Assembly: GCA_965218095.1 (NCBI GenBank) | Contig: OZ244587.1 | Span: 5,824,001-5,888,000 of the forward strand | Origin: Candidatus Poribacteria bacterium | GTDB taxonomy: Bacteria > Poribacteria > WGA-4E > PCPOR2b | Length of the DNA stretch: 64,000 nucleotides | Direction of reading: 5' to 3' | Shown: positions 54,845-64,000 of the stretch, piece after piece | How the letters are laid out: each line of letters starts with the position of its first letter | How positions within the stretch are numbered: position 1 is the first letter of the stretch | Notes under the pieces: model-generated | The model's database searches: none | What the model saw: the letters and a program-made list of their open reading frames with translations, nothing else | What the model was told of the DNA's origin: nothing | Translations under genes and position numbers: made by a program

Positions 54845-55033
54845 ATGGTATGCTATCACTAAATCCGTGAGAAAATCTGTCCCATTTGGCGGATCGAGAA
54901 GACGACCCACGATTTGAGTTCAAGGGTTCAAACGTTCAATGAACCCATGAACTCCCCGATAGATCGAGGTACTCTCTCAATGTTAACTATCCAGTTCTGA
55001 TGCAGGTTCTCAAGAATTTAGTGATAGTACCAT
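54845..55033. mobile_element. Inverted-repeat-bounded MITE-like element, copy 2
   Basis: ATGGTATGCTATCACTAAATCCGTGAGAA / TTCTCAAGAATTTAGTGATAGTACCAT. Confidence 0.65.
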
Positions 55034-55090
55034 CTCAGTCGCCTTTCTGTTTATTGGCAACTCTCTGCGTTTTGAGATGACTCATGCCCC

Positions 55091-56611
55091 TCATTTCACA
55101 ACAAGGAACAAAACCTGTTTATTGCGTTTCACTTGTAACAGAATCGATTCCGCGTCCGTCTTCACAGCCAATTTGAACTCGTCTACATTGTGGACAGGTT
55201 GATGCTCGACTTCGAGTAGGACATCCCCTTTGTGGATCCCTGCCTCGGCAGCCGGACTGCCCGGCGTTACGCCAGAAATTAACACGCCTTCATCGGGAGT
55301 GTACCCGAATTTTTCAGCAAGAGCCTCGGTGAGGTTCTGCACACTTAGCCCTTTCCAATCTCCTTTGCGGAGGTGCTTCGTGTTTCGTGTCAGGTGTCGA
55401 AGCACACCTTCCGAACGTTCATCAAGCGTCACGGAGATATCGAGCTTTTCGCCCTCCCGCATGACGGTGACAGATATGGTGGTACCGGGCTTGTACATTG
55501 CGATTACATGCCGCAGATGATTTGGATCTTCGATGGCTTGACCTTCAACGGCGATAAGGACGTCACCTTTCTGTAGACCTGCTTCCTTGGCAGGCGTATC
55601 TCTGCCGACGTCGTTGATCAACGCGCCCATCGGTTTGTCTAGCCCCAGCTTATCAGCCAAGCCCAAATCAACGTCCTGAATCATAACACCGAGCCAACCG
55701 CGTGCAACTTCCCTGTGTTCGATCAGGTCTATCGCAATATGCCGAACAGTGTTGATCGGGATGGCAAACGGCCTCGCCGGTGGATTGGCGACGCTCATAC
55801 CAATGATTTCGCCGTTTGTGTTGACGATTGCGCCACCGCCTGAACCGGGGCGAAGGTTCGTGTCGATCTCGATCCAGTTTTCATAATTGAATACATGGGG
55901 GTTGCGTCCGACGCCGCTGATCATTCCGAAATAAACAGCGGGTTCCTGATTGGCTGTATGTCCGAGGGCAAGCATCAACTCGCCGATGGAAATTTGATCC
56001 GAGTCGCCAAACTTCGTCGCGGGCAGCGCATTCACATCGACTTTTACTACAGCTATTCCCGTTTCTTTGTCGGAGCCAATCACTATGGCGTCAAGGCGCG
56101 TGCCATCTCGAAGCGTGACGATGACCTCTCTGCTATCGTTGACTAATTCGATAACAGTGGCAATGTGTCCTTGTTCATCAAGCAGGATACCGGATCCAAA
56201 AGCAGCCTGATCGGAAAGAGCCGGTGGGAATATGGCTTCAGGCATCATGCTATGCCGACGTTCTCGCTTGTCCCGATCTGGAACGCGAAAGAAGAAATGG
56301 TGCTCTTCGTCTTCCTCCTGATTTGAATTCCGCCGGAACCGATTACGAAATTGTGGGCCGAACCATTCCCAACCTTCAGGACTCCTGCGGCGGTGCTCAA
56401 AGTGCCGACTCTGATCTCTGTCCTCGTCCGATCGCTCGGTTTCAATCCCAACAACCGTTTTTCCAACTTCCTGGGCGATCTCTGCTAACCTCTTGCTAAC
56501 CTCTTGCAGTGTCTGTCGTTCATCTGCTGCCGGGGCAGTGTGTTGAAACACGCCAAAGACGAATACGCAGGTGAAAATGACGCTGAGTGTTTTGCGTACA
56601 TCAGATTTCAT
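55091..56611 (-). CDS. HtrA/DegP-like protein with 2 PDZ domains and a degenerate catalytic triad
   Basis: Signal peptide, GSGILL, RGWLGVMIQ, two PDZ domains; triad motifs altered. Confidence 0.88.
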   Translation of the reverse strand: MKSDVRKTLSVIFTCVFVFGVFQHTAPAADERQTLQEVSKRLAEIAQEVGKTVVGIETERSDEDRDQSRHFEHRRRSPEGWEWFGPQFRNRFRRNSNQEEDEEHHFFFRVPDRDKRERRHSMMPEAIFPPALSDQAAFGSGILLDEQGHIATVIELVNDSREVIVTLRDGTRLDAIVIGSDKETGIAVVKVDVNALPATKFGDSDQISIGELMLALGHTANQEPAVYFGMISGVGRNPHVFNYENWIEIDTNLRPGSGGGAIVNTNGEIIGMSVANPPARPFAIPINTVRHIAIDLIEHREVARGWLGVMIQDVDLGLADKLGLDKPMGALINDVGRDTPAKEAGLQKGDVLIAVEGQAIEDPNHLRHVIAMYKPGTTISVTVMREGEKLDISVTLDERSEGVLRHLTRNTKHLRKGDWKGLSVQNLTEALAEKFGYTPDEGVLISGVTPGSPAAEAGIHKGDVLLEVEHQPVHNVDEFKLAVKTDAESILLQVKRNKQVLFLVVK

Positions 56612-56760
56612 TTTTGTTACCTCCTTTTAGTTAAGAGGTAACACACTTCGCACATCGGTGAGTTTCATCAAATTGCGTCGATTATGGAAGGCTTATCTGC
56701 CCAATGCTGTTAGTCTAGCATAATCGAGATATGGATGCGACTTAAAAGAAAAGAACCACC

Positions 56761-56789
56761 TTGACGGCAGAAAAGTGACATGCTATACT
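56761..56789 (+). promoter_or_regulatory. Sigma70-type promoter followed by a 16-bp tandem repeat (56800-56831)
   Basis: TTGACG-17 bp-TATACT; AGAGCGCCTGTATTTT twice. Confidence 0.6.
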
Positions 56790-56987
56790 CTCCTTCCACA
56801 GAGCGCCTGTATTTTAGAGCGCCTGTATTTTCAGTAATTTTCAAAAAGGAAGTAATGGTTTGTAGTGAGGCGATTGATCGCCGTCCCAAACGTGTCCACA
56901 GCCGGAACAAGCATTCCACCGTGCCATGGTCCTGGCAGGCCTCCAATCGCATAAATTTGCCCATCTATCCCACTGGAGGAGGGTTAA

Positions 56988-57593
56988 GTGAAAAAGGTAA
57001 CCCTTTTATTGTGTTTCGTTACGATGGTAATGTCTGTTTGGGCGGAAGAGAATCAGAAGAAGACATCAATTGGTGACCCCGTCAAACGTGGTGGTTTTGG
57101 GGGACCGGTATTAAAAGTGACAGAGATCAACGATGTGTTCGGCTTAATGATCGGCGGGCGAGGTGGTTGGATCCTCAACCATACGTTTGCGATTGGCGGA
57201 GGCTTTTATGGCTTACTCAGGGACATAGGGGTGGAAGACTCACGTTTTGAACGCGATTTTGAGTTCGCTTATGGCGGGCTAGAGTTAGAATATATTATCG
57301 CCCCCCGTAGAGTCATTCATCTCTCTGTTCAAACCTTGATAGGCTTCGGTGGTTTGACAGATCGGGAGCGGAGCTTCGATAGGTTTGATGAATTCAATCG
57401 ATTTGATGGTCCTGATGACTCCTTTTTTATCGCTGAACCGGGACTCAATTTGATATGGAATATGAAAACGTACCTCCGGATCGGTTTGGGTGGGAGCTAT
57501 CGTTTTATTCGTGGCGTTGGGGTAGAAGGCCTCCACAACTCAGATCTGAGCGGTTCTTCGGTCATACTGATCTTCAAATTTGGTCGCTTCTAA
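56988..57593 (+). CDS. Small outer-membrane beta-barrel protein
   Basis: Signal peptide, Gly/aromatic strands (GGRGGW, YGGLELEY, EPG, GGSYRF), terminal Phe. Confidence 0.75.
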   Translation: MKKVTLLLCFVTMVMSVWAEENQKKTSIGDPVKRGGFGGPVLKVTEINDVFGLMIGGRGGWILNHTFAIGGGFYGLLRDIGVEDSRFERDFEFAYGGLELEYIIAPRRVIHLSVQTLIGFGGLTDRERSFDRFDEFNRFDGPDDSFFIAEPGLNLIWNMKTYLRIGLGGSYRFIRGVGVEGLHNSDLSGSSVILIFKFGRF

Positions 57594-57605
57594 TCACCAA
57601 ACTGC

Positions 57606-59423
57606 CTACTTCGTGCTCAACCGCTTGCGAAGTTCATTGAGGCGTTGGATGACAGCGATTGAATCTGTTCCATGAAAACCAAGATCGTGGGCTTCATCAA
57701 GCACCATTTCTGCTTGGATTGGACTGCCGATAATCAAGTTCATCGCTTTGTCATAAGCGTTCTGTGCCCTTTTCGCATCGCCGCGCTGTTGGCTGATATA
57801 CGCGAGATAGATATAGGCAGCCGCAAGGCGTGGCGAGTGTGATCGGCTTTCGATAAACTCCTGGAAGGCAGCGATGGCGGCATTATAGCGTTGGTCTTCA
57901 TAGTGGACTCGCCCAATACGGAACTGCGCCTGATCCGCGAAGCTGTCCTTATAGCCCTCCGGGAGGTACTGCGCCTGTTTCGGGTAAGCAATTGTCGTTT
58001 GATAGGCTTTCAAAGCTTCGTCGTATTGCTGGAGTGAGCGATAAATTTCGCCAAGCTGGAAATATGCCATCATAGTCTGCGAAGAGGGGGGATAATTCTC
58101 GATCAGGCTTTGATAAAGTTGGATTGCCTTTTTTGTGTTACTGAGATGTTCAGCGTGAATGACGCCGCTTCGGTATAGTGCTTGAGCTGCCCAAGGTGAT
58201 TGGGGATGTGTCTTGATCAGTTGGCGGTATGCGGCAATTGCCTGCGTATAATCCTTCAATTCGCGCTCATAGATCTTGCCAATCCGGAAGTGGGCGTAAG
58301 CAGCATCGTCCGTGTTCGATGTTTGCAATTTCTGGATTGTTGCGTGTAATTCAATTAAGCGGAGTTGGGCTCGCGCATGCTGTACGTATTCACTATTCCG
58401 TACGTTGATGATGAACTGCCGCGCCAGTGGCAGCGCAGCAATATAGCTGTTTCTGGCGATCAGCTTTCTTATCCGTTCCCATTCAATTTTTGGGGGCTCT
58501 GACTGGAGTTGTTGGATCTTCGCTTTTAATTCTGTTTCAAGTTGGAAGGGGCTCTGATCATATTTACCGATTGCCCCAAAATAGATGGGATCGAGGTTAG
58601 GCAGGTATACATAGAGGAAGGTTTTGAAAGCATCAATTGCGCGACGATAATTCTGCAATTTTTCATAACAAACACCTGACCAATAAAAAACCGCGTGCAT
58701 ATTCCAAAAGTCTGGATGCTCTTGGGCGAGTTGCTCAAAAATCTGCGCGGCTAAGGCATACCGCTTCTGCTTTTGGCGGACCCGCCCCATCTGAAAAAGT
58801 GCCTCCGCTGCGAAATTACTTGTCGGATAGTTATCGACAACTTTCTGATATGCTTGAATTGCTGGCTCCGGCTGATTCAATACGTTAGCTCGTAACTTCC
58901 CAATACGGCATTGCACTTCAGCGGCGAGTTTCGTATCCCCGTGCTGCTTCAAGATATCTTCATATGCCGCAATCGCGTTCTCCGGTTGATTTAGTTGGTG
59001 GGGATTGCGATACAATTCGGCAATATGAAATTTCGCCTCAATGGCAAGGGGGGTTCCTGTGTAAGCGTAGATGGCACGCTGCTGATCTCGTAAATCATTA
59101 AGGGCTGTCTGAATGCTGTGAATCTTTCGCAAGCCGGTTTTATGGACAAAGTGGGTTGGTGGGGATTGATCGACAAGGGTTTGATAGGTCTGAATCGCTT
59201 CCTCACATTTTCCCATGCGACAGTACACATCACCCTTCTTGATATAGGCGAGAAACAGATCGTCTGCCGGAAGCCCTTCGGCACTCAGTTGAATAATCTG
59301 GTCGTAAACCTTCAATGCCTTCTGATATTCATGGGTATAAGCGTAATAAATCTCACCTAATTTATCGTAGAGGCCGCCAAGCTGTTCAACGTTTTTCGTC
59401 GAATTGGTAAGTTTCTGGAGCAT
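57606..59423 (-). CDS. Multi-TPR (YbgF/BamD-like repeat) protein; true start probably upstream
   Basis: Many A...Y..L...YP.S repeats; in-frame signal-peptide-like KWLVYAAAFCIAISAIVEAQA upstream. Confidence 0.85.
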   Translation of the reverse strand: MLQKLTNSTKNVEQLGGLYDKLGEIYYAYTHEYQKALKVYDQIIQLSAEGLPADDLFLAYIKKGDVYCRMGKCEEAIQTYQTLVDQSPPTHFVHKTGLRKIHSIQTALNDLRDQQRAIYAYTGTPLAIEAKFHIAELYRNPHQLNQPENAIAAYEDILKQHGDTKLAAEVQCRIGKLRANVLNQPEPAIQAYQKVVDNYPTSNFAAEALFQMGRVRQKQKRYALAAQIFEQLAQEHPDFWNMHAVFYWSGVCYEKLQNYRRAIDAFKTFLYVYLPNLDPIYFGAIGKYDQSPFQLETELKAKIQQLQSEPPKIEWERIRKLIARNSYIAALPLARQFIINVRNSEYVQHARAQLRLIELHATIQKLQTSNTDDAAYAHFRIGKIYERELKDYTQAIAAYRQLIKTHPQSPWAAQALYRSGVIHAEHLSNTKKAIQLYQSLIENYPPSSQTMMAYFQLGEIYRSLQQYDEALKAYQTTIAYPKQAQYLPEGYKDSFADQAQFRIGRVHYEDQRYNAAIAAFQEFIESRSHSPRLAAAYIYLAYISQQRGDAKRAQNAYDKAMNLIIGSPIQAEMVLDEAHDLGFHGTDSIAVIQRLNELRKRLSTK

Positions 59424-59677
59424 TTGTGCGGCTTCATGATACTGACCTGCCTCAAGGAGCGGAGCAACGCTGTCAGCCTGCGCTTCTACGATAGCCGAAA
59501 TTGCAATACAAAATGCAGCGGCGTAAACAAGCCATTTCAGACGTGAAACCCCGAAGGATCGGCACAGAGCCTGTTCCGATCCTTCGGAGCTGTGAAACGT
59601 AAGGCGTATTGCGTATTTCGTATTGCGTATTATATCAAACGCCCCCTCTAGCTTTCCATTCTTCCATTCCTCTTGTT

Positions 59678-60238
59678 TTAGGGCCCCCGTTCTGCCAATG
59701 CCAGAAGGAGTCTCGCAAGTTGGTCATTGTCCTTTAAGTGCCTCGCTTCCAGTGCTTCTGTTCGGCTGTCCTGAATCTCCCTCTGTCTATACGCCTCAAT
59801 CCTTTCGCGAGGGGTTTCCGAAATCGCACCGATGGGAACATCTAGCGATTGATCTCGATCAAAGAAGGTCACAGTAATTGGGATACCGATTGCTAGCACG
59901 CAGGTCGCTATTGCGCTGCGTAAGATCCAAGTGGAACCGTTTTTTACAGTGGGAAGCGGCAAAGATTCAAAGAACCGCACCGGCTTGGAGCGTGGGGATT
60001 CCGCCGCCAGACGTTTGTAGACTCGCATCTCGATGTTGTCAAGAATAACGCTTGGAATTGGCGCTTCCCCCGCTTCTTCAGTCAAGCTGAAGACTTTCTG
60101 CAAAGACTTAATCTTGTGGACGCAGGTGGGACACCCTCGTAGATGTTCCTCCATGACGGCGACCTGCTCCTCATCAAGGAGCTCACAAACATAGTTAGTG
60201 TGCGATTTTTCCAACTGTTTACACGTTGTCATTAACAA
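59678..60238 (-). CDS. Zinc-finger (zf-HC2) transmembrane anti-sigma factor
   Basis: HLRGCPTC (HxxxCxxC) plus TM helix, directly downstream of the ECF sigma. Confidence 0.88.
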   Translation of the reverse strand: MLMTTCKQLEKSHTNYVCELLDEEQVAVMEEHLRGCPTCVHKIKSLQKVFSLTEEAGEAPIPSVILDNIEMRVYKRLAAESPRSKPVRFFESLPLPTVKNGSTWILRSAIATCVLAIGIPITVTFFDRDQSLDVPIGAISETPRERIEAYRQREIQDSRTEALEARHLKDNDQLARLLLALAERGP

Positions 60239-60259
60239 CTCCTTCGGTTAAATTTTTTG

Positions 60260-60298
60260 TCCAACCGTGAAAAGGTTCAGAACCTTTTCACGGTTGGA
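60260..60298. repeat. Perfect palindrome with 19-bp arms between sigma and anti-sigma genes
   Basis: TCCAACCGTGAAAAGGTTC-A-GAACCTTTTCACGGTTGGA. Confidence 0.8.
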
Positions 60299-60308
60299 TG
60301 ACCGGTGG

Positions 60309-60890
60309 TTATATTTCATTTTCATCCCAGAGAGGCTGTAACAAAATTTGTAGCTTTTTCACCGCACGATGCAGGTGAATCTTTACTGTTCCTTCTGCCA
60401 TGCCGAGCACCTCTGTGATTTCCTTAATCTGTAGCCCCTGGTAACGATTCAACATAAAGACAGCTTTTTGGTTCGGCGAAAGCTGATCTATTGCGCCAAG
60501 GATAATCCGACGCCGATCATTTTCTTCAGCCTCCCATTCGGGATTACTCCGCAGATCTACGGCTGTTGGCTCGTCAAGCGATAGCTCTTCGTCGTCGAGT
60601 GAATAGGTCTGTCGGCGCGATTTCGCACGGTGATGATCGATCGATAGGTTATGGGCAATTTTATAAAGCCATGTCGAGAAGCGCGCTTGAGGTTTCCAGG
60701 CTCCAAGCGCACGGTAGACCTTGAAAAAGACTTCGATGGTCAACTCTTCGGCATCTTCATAATTTTTGACGGATCTGAGCAGGTAGGCATAGATTCTCTG
60801 CTTATATCGCTTCATTAGCTCATCAAATGCGTCCTGCCGGCCAGCTTGAAACTGCGCGACTAGCATTTCATCTTCAACGATTCTATCCAT
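60309..60890 (-). CDS. ECF RNA polymerase sigma factor
   Basis: AFDELMKRY, DAEEL, FSTWLYKIAHN, EI..VLGMAEGTVKIHLHRA. Confidence 0.93.
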   Translation of the reverse strand: MDRIVEDEMLVAQFQAGRQDAFDELMKRYKQRIYAYLLRSVKNYEDAEELTIEVFFKVYRALGAWKPQARFSTWLYKIAHNLSIDHHRAKSRRQTYSLDDEELSLDEPTAVDLRSNPEWEAEENDRRRIILGAIDQLSPNQKAVFMLNRYQGLQIKEITEVLGMAEGTVKIHLHRAVKKLQILLQPLWDENEI

Positions 60891-61135
60891 AAGGAACTTC
60901 CCGCGTTGATGAGGTTGGGCTAAGGTTTGCCGGTCTAAACGGTATGTGCTCCGGGGGGGGTTACACCTAGTGCATACTAATTTTGGAATTTCGTCATCAT
61001 ACCATCGTGAACGCAGTGGGTCAAGCAAAAAACGATGGTAGAGAAGTGACAACCCACGCCCCTACAATGGGATGTTGTCCAAATCTGAAACGTAATAAGG
61101 CGTTATAAGCTTTCAAGTTTTTAATGAATGGTTTT

Positions 61136-62089
61136 TCATTCCCGCTTCTGCCATTCCCTTGCCAAACGCTGAGCTTCGGCAATTTGAGCGGGAGTCATTT
61201 TTTCGGCAAGAATGTTACGGTAGACTTGACCCAATGTATATCCTTGTGCTACGGCGAGGTTGTACCACATGTGTGCTCTGGCATAATCTTGAATTACTTT
61301 TTCGCCTTCATCATACATTTTAGCGAGATCCCAAAACGCCTGTCCATTAAACGAATCCCGTGATTCGGTAGCTTTGCGATACCACTTGCTTGCTTCGTTA
61401 TAGTTCTGTACGGTGCCCTCAAGTGTTTCATACTTACCTGTTTCATACATTCTACCAAGATCGATTTGGGCTACGTAATAGCCCCGTTCGGCAGCCTTAC
61501 GATACCACTTGCTCGCCTCCCGATTGCTTTTAGATCCACCTTTGCCACTTTCGTACATTTCACCAAGACGATGTTGAGCCCAAGTGACGCGAGCGTGAGG
61601 AAAATCATAGTTGTTTTCTTGTTCAGCGGCTTTGCGATACCATTTTCTTGCTTGACTGTAATCACGAACAGTTCCCTCGCCAGATTCATATATTGCACCA
61701 AGATCGTATTGAGAAAATAGAGATCCTTGCTTGGCAGCTTTGCGATACCATTTAACTGCCTCCTCGTTGTCCTGAACAACGCCCCGGCCCATTCGATACC
61801 AGTAGCCAAGAGTAGTTTGGGCTTCGGCATAGTCTTGTTCAGCGGATTTATGCAACCATTTGACTGCAGCTTTATGAATCGCAAACCGATAACTATATAC
61901 CAGACTAAGTTCATATTGAGCCTCTGCATTACCTCCTTTGGCAAGAGGTAGCCATTCCTTTATGGCTGTTTCGTAATCTCCTCGCTCATAAGCGTCTTTG
62001 CCTTTCTGAAGATCTGCTAACGCCGATTTTATTGGAAGTAAACACACTATTAGAATGAGAATGAGGTTTCTGAGTTTTGGGTAAAACAT
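61136..62089 (-). CDS. Secreted Sel1-repeat protein
   Basis: Repeats AQ..LG..Y..G.GV..D..EA.KWYRKAAEQ; tail MTPAQIAEAQRLAREW. Confidence 0.92.
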   Translation of the reverse strand: MFYPKLRNLILILIVCLLPIKSALADLQKGKDAYERGDYETAIKEWLPLAKGGNAEAQYELSLVYSYRFAIHKAAVKWLHKSAEQDYAEAQTTLGYWYRMGRGVVQDNEEAVKWYRKAAKQGSLFSQYDLGAIYESGEGTVRDYSQARKWYRKAAEQENNYDFPHARVTWAQHRLGEMYESGKGGSKSNREASKWYRKAAERGYYVAQIDLGRMYETGKYETLEGTVQNYNEASKWYRKATESRDSFNGQAFWDLAKMYDEGEKVIQDYARAHMWYNLAVAQGYTLGQVYRNILAEKMTPAQIAEAQRLAREWQKRE

Positions 62090-62189
62090 TGTATTTCCTC
62101 CTTTTGGTTTTATCCTTTCCTGTTTCTGTTTTAAGCCCATAACTACCTATCTCAATTTGAAATATATAGAAATCAGATTTATCGAAAAA

Positions 62190-62852
62190 CTACACACCCA
62201 GACTCGCCTTGGCGCGTTGAATCTCACTCCATAAGTGATGAGTTGCGGCAACTGGATCCGTTTGTGCACAAACGGCTGAAATGACAGCGATTCCGTGGGC
62301 ACCAGCGCAGATAACTTCGTATGCAGTTTCAGCCGTAATACCACCGATGGCAACGACAGGACACTGTGCAATTTCGCACATCCGTCGCAACGCTTCCAGA
62401 CCCTTTGGCAGTTCCGCATCCGGTTTGGAAGAGGTCTGATAGATGGGACCGAACCCGATGTAATCTGCCCCTGCAGAAATGGCTTCTAGGATCTTCTCCT
62501 CCGTCCGCGCAGAAGCCCCAATAATCATTTCCGGTGGAAGGATTCGCCGTCCAACCGCAATTGGTAGATCATCCTGTCCAAAATGGGCACCCGCTGCTCC
62601 GACAGCGAGGGCGATATCCGCACGATCGTTGACAATCAAGGAAACCCCATGCTCCGCACAAACAGCTTGCACCGCCTGTGCGGATTCGACCAGTTCGCGT
62701 GTACTTTCATCCTTCTGACGAAACTGGATGGTGTCGGCACCGCCCCCAATCGCCATTTTTGCTAACTGTGCGCGTGTAAACCGCGATTGGATGGTTGTAT
62801 CGGTGATAACGTGCAATACACCAATTTTTTTCATACCGGAGCTTATTTCCAT
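62190..62852 (-). CDS. thiE: Thiamine phosphate synthase
   Basis: IQFRQK, IVNDR, HFGQDD, GPIYQTSSK, VAIGGI. Confidence 0.94.
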   Translation of the reverse strand: MEISSGMKKIGVLHVITDTTIQSRFTRAQLAKMAIGGGADTIQFRQKDESTRELVESAQAVQAVCAEHGVSLIVNDRADIALAVGAAGAHFGQDDLPIAVGRRILPPEMIIGASARTEEKILEAISAGADYIGFGPIYQTSSKPDAELPKGLEALRRMCEIAQCPVVAIGGITAETAYEVICAGAHGIAVISAVCAQTDPVAATHHLWSEIQRAKASLGV

Positions 62853-62980
62853 TTTGTTGGTGAAAAAGGCTGTAGTGTGGATTCAGAACTGGAATCCTTA
62901 TTTTGAGATGCGCAAATATTCTCTTTCATAACAGACATCGAAAGTTCGGTGCTATTTTGTTTCTGTTTTGTTGTTTGTGA

Positions 62981-63757
62981 CTATAACTGGGGTTTTTGTT
63001 CTGATTTCGCACACCCGACGATTTCTGCTATTCTGAGTTCATACATCACCAACGCCACGCCCACAATCGCGGCGGTCTCCGTGCGCAAAATGTTGCCGCC
63101 GAGTGTTACAGGTAGGCACCCCTTTTGAAGCGCCAACTCGACCTCTTTGTCTGAAAATCCGCCCTCGGGACCAATAAAAAGCCCAATCGATTCTGCCGTT
63201 TGATGACTTCGTAACACTTCTTTGAGCCCTCGCCCGTCTTTGTTTTCCCACAAGAGGATTAACAAATTGAGATTCGTCGCTCGTTCAAGACACACCTCCA
63301 TCCGCTGAGGGGCAAGCACTTTGGCGAATTGAGGGCGTTTACACTGTTTGGCGCTTTCGTTTGCAATGCGCTGCCAACGGACTGTCCGTTTTTTCTCGGC
63401 AACCTCTGTGCGTTTCGGAATCGAGCGGCGACAAATCATCGGCGCAATTTTAACCACACCAATTTCCGTCGTTTTCTGCACGATGAGATCTAGTTTGTCG
63501 AATTTTGGTAAGCCCTGGAAAAGTGTGATATACGGCGGGGTTAGCGGATGAAATTGGCGCTCCAAGATTTTCGCTTGTAGAAGGGGAGAGCACATATCAC
63601 AAAGCATAGCGATATAACTGTTGCCTTCCCCATCAAAGACCTGAACTGGATCGCCGGGCTTCAGGCGCAGCACATTGAGCAGGTGATGCCGCTCCGATTC
63701 ACCAATGTAGATGGTATCTTTGGAGATTTGCGTGGGAGGAACGTAGCAACTGTGCAT
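62981..63757 (-). CDS. rsmE: 16S rRNA m3U1498 methyltransferase
   Basis: HLLNVLRL, QKTTEIGV, ESAKQCKR, IGPEGGF, LGGNILRTETA. Confidence 0.95.
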   Translation of the reverse strand: MHSCYVPPTQISKDTIYIGESERHHLLNVLRLKPGDPVQVFDGEGNSYIAMLCDMCSPLLQAKILERQFHPLTPPYITLFQGLPKFDKLDLIVQKTTEIGVVKIAPMICRRSIPKRTEVAEKKRTVRWQRIANESAKQCKRPQFAKVLAPQRMEVCLERATNLNLLILLWENKDGRGLKEVLRSHQTAESIGLFIGPEGGFSDKEVELALQKGCLPVTLGGNILRTETAAIVGVALVMYELRIAEIVGCAKSEQKPQL

Positions 63758-63760
63758 CGG

Positions 63761-64000
63761 CTACCCACCTGACGAAGCTGCTTGTCGTAAAGCGCTGATC
63801 GCACCCCGGAGATCATCACTCCCAAAAATCGCCGTGCCCGCCACCAAAATTGTCGCCCCACAATGCCCCACTAACGCGGCGGTCTCCTTGTTGATTCCGC
63901 CATCGACCTCAATCTCAGCGTTCATTTTCTGAGCTTGGATCAGTTCCCACAAGCGCGTGATCTTGTCAAGTGTACTCATTTGGAACGATTGCCCACCGAA
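63761..64000 (-). CDS. rpe: Ribulose-phosphate 3-epimerase, C-terminal part (runs off the window)
   Basis: FGGQSF, IEVDGGIN, LVAGTAIF. Confidence 0.92.
   Translation of the reverse strand, partial: FGGQSFQMSTLDKITRLWELIQAQKMNAEIEVDGGINKETAALVGHCGATILVAGTAIFGSDDLRGAISALRQAASSGG

Noticed and set aside
62853-62980. TPP riboswitch upstream of thiE
   Set aside because: No CTGAGA...ACCTGA...GCGNAGG signature visible
112-63861. Numerous short antisense or alternate-frame ORFs in the ORF track
   Set aside because: They overlap well-supported genes and show no recognisable motifs or ribosome-binding sites
1-64000. CRISPR array or cas genes
   Set aside because: No regularly spaced repeat-spacer units and no Cas motifs seen; the repeats present are MITE, REP or heptamer types

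Overview
About 50% GC bacterial chromosome segment. The mix of diderm features (T2SS secretin, beta-barrels), abundant NHL/TPR/Sel1/PPC proteins, inositol catabolism and CACGTTT-type heptamer repeats suggests Poribacteria or a related lineage (inference). Housekeeping genes include hisS, aspS, nusB, ychF, mqnD, thiE, rsmE, rpe (partial) and tRNA-Asn. Many accessory genes are freshly pseudogenised by in-frame stops, small duplications, MITEs and IS elements (IS5, IS982, IS3, IS701). The strongest hidden signal is a structurally complete, ORF-less group IIB intron (39431-41187), with an IS982 inserted in domain III. The intron splits an A|TG start codon just downstream of a Shine-Dalgarno sequence. 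EBS1 pairs perfectly with the SD-to-start spacer, and anti-SD-like loops are candidate EBS2 sites. Other notable items: two proteases lacking their catalytic triads (S8 and HtrA), a di-heme cytochrome c/PPC mosaic gene, a tandem YtoQ/NDT-fold protein, an IS5 whose frameshift appears fixed by a 16-nt duplication, toxin-like genes inside the hisS-aspS unit, and several MITE families. Product calls rest on motif recognition only; no database searches were run.
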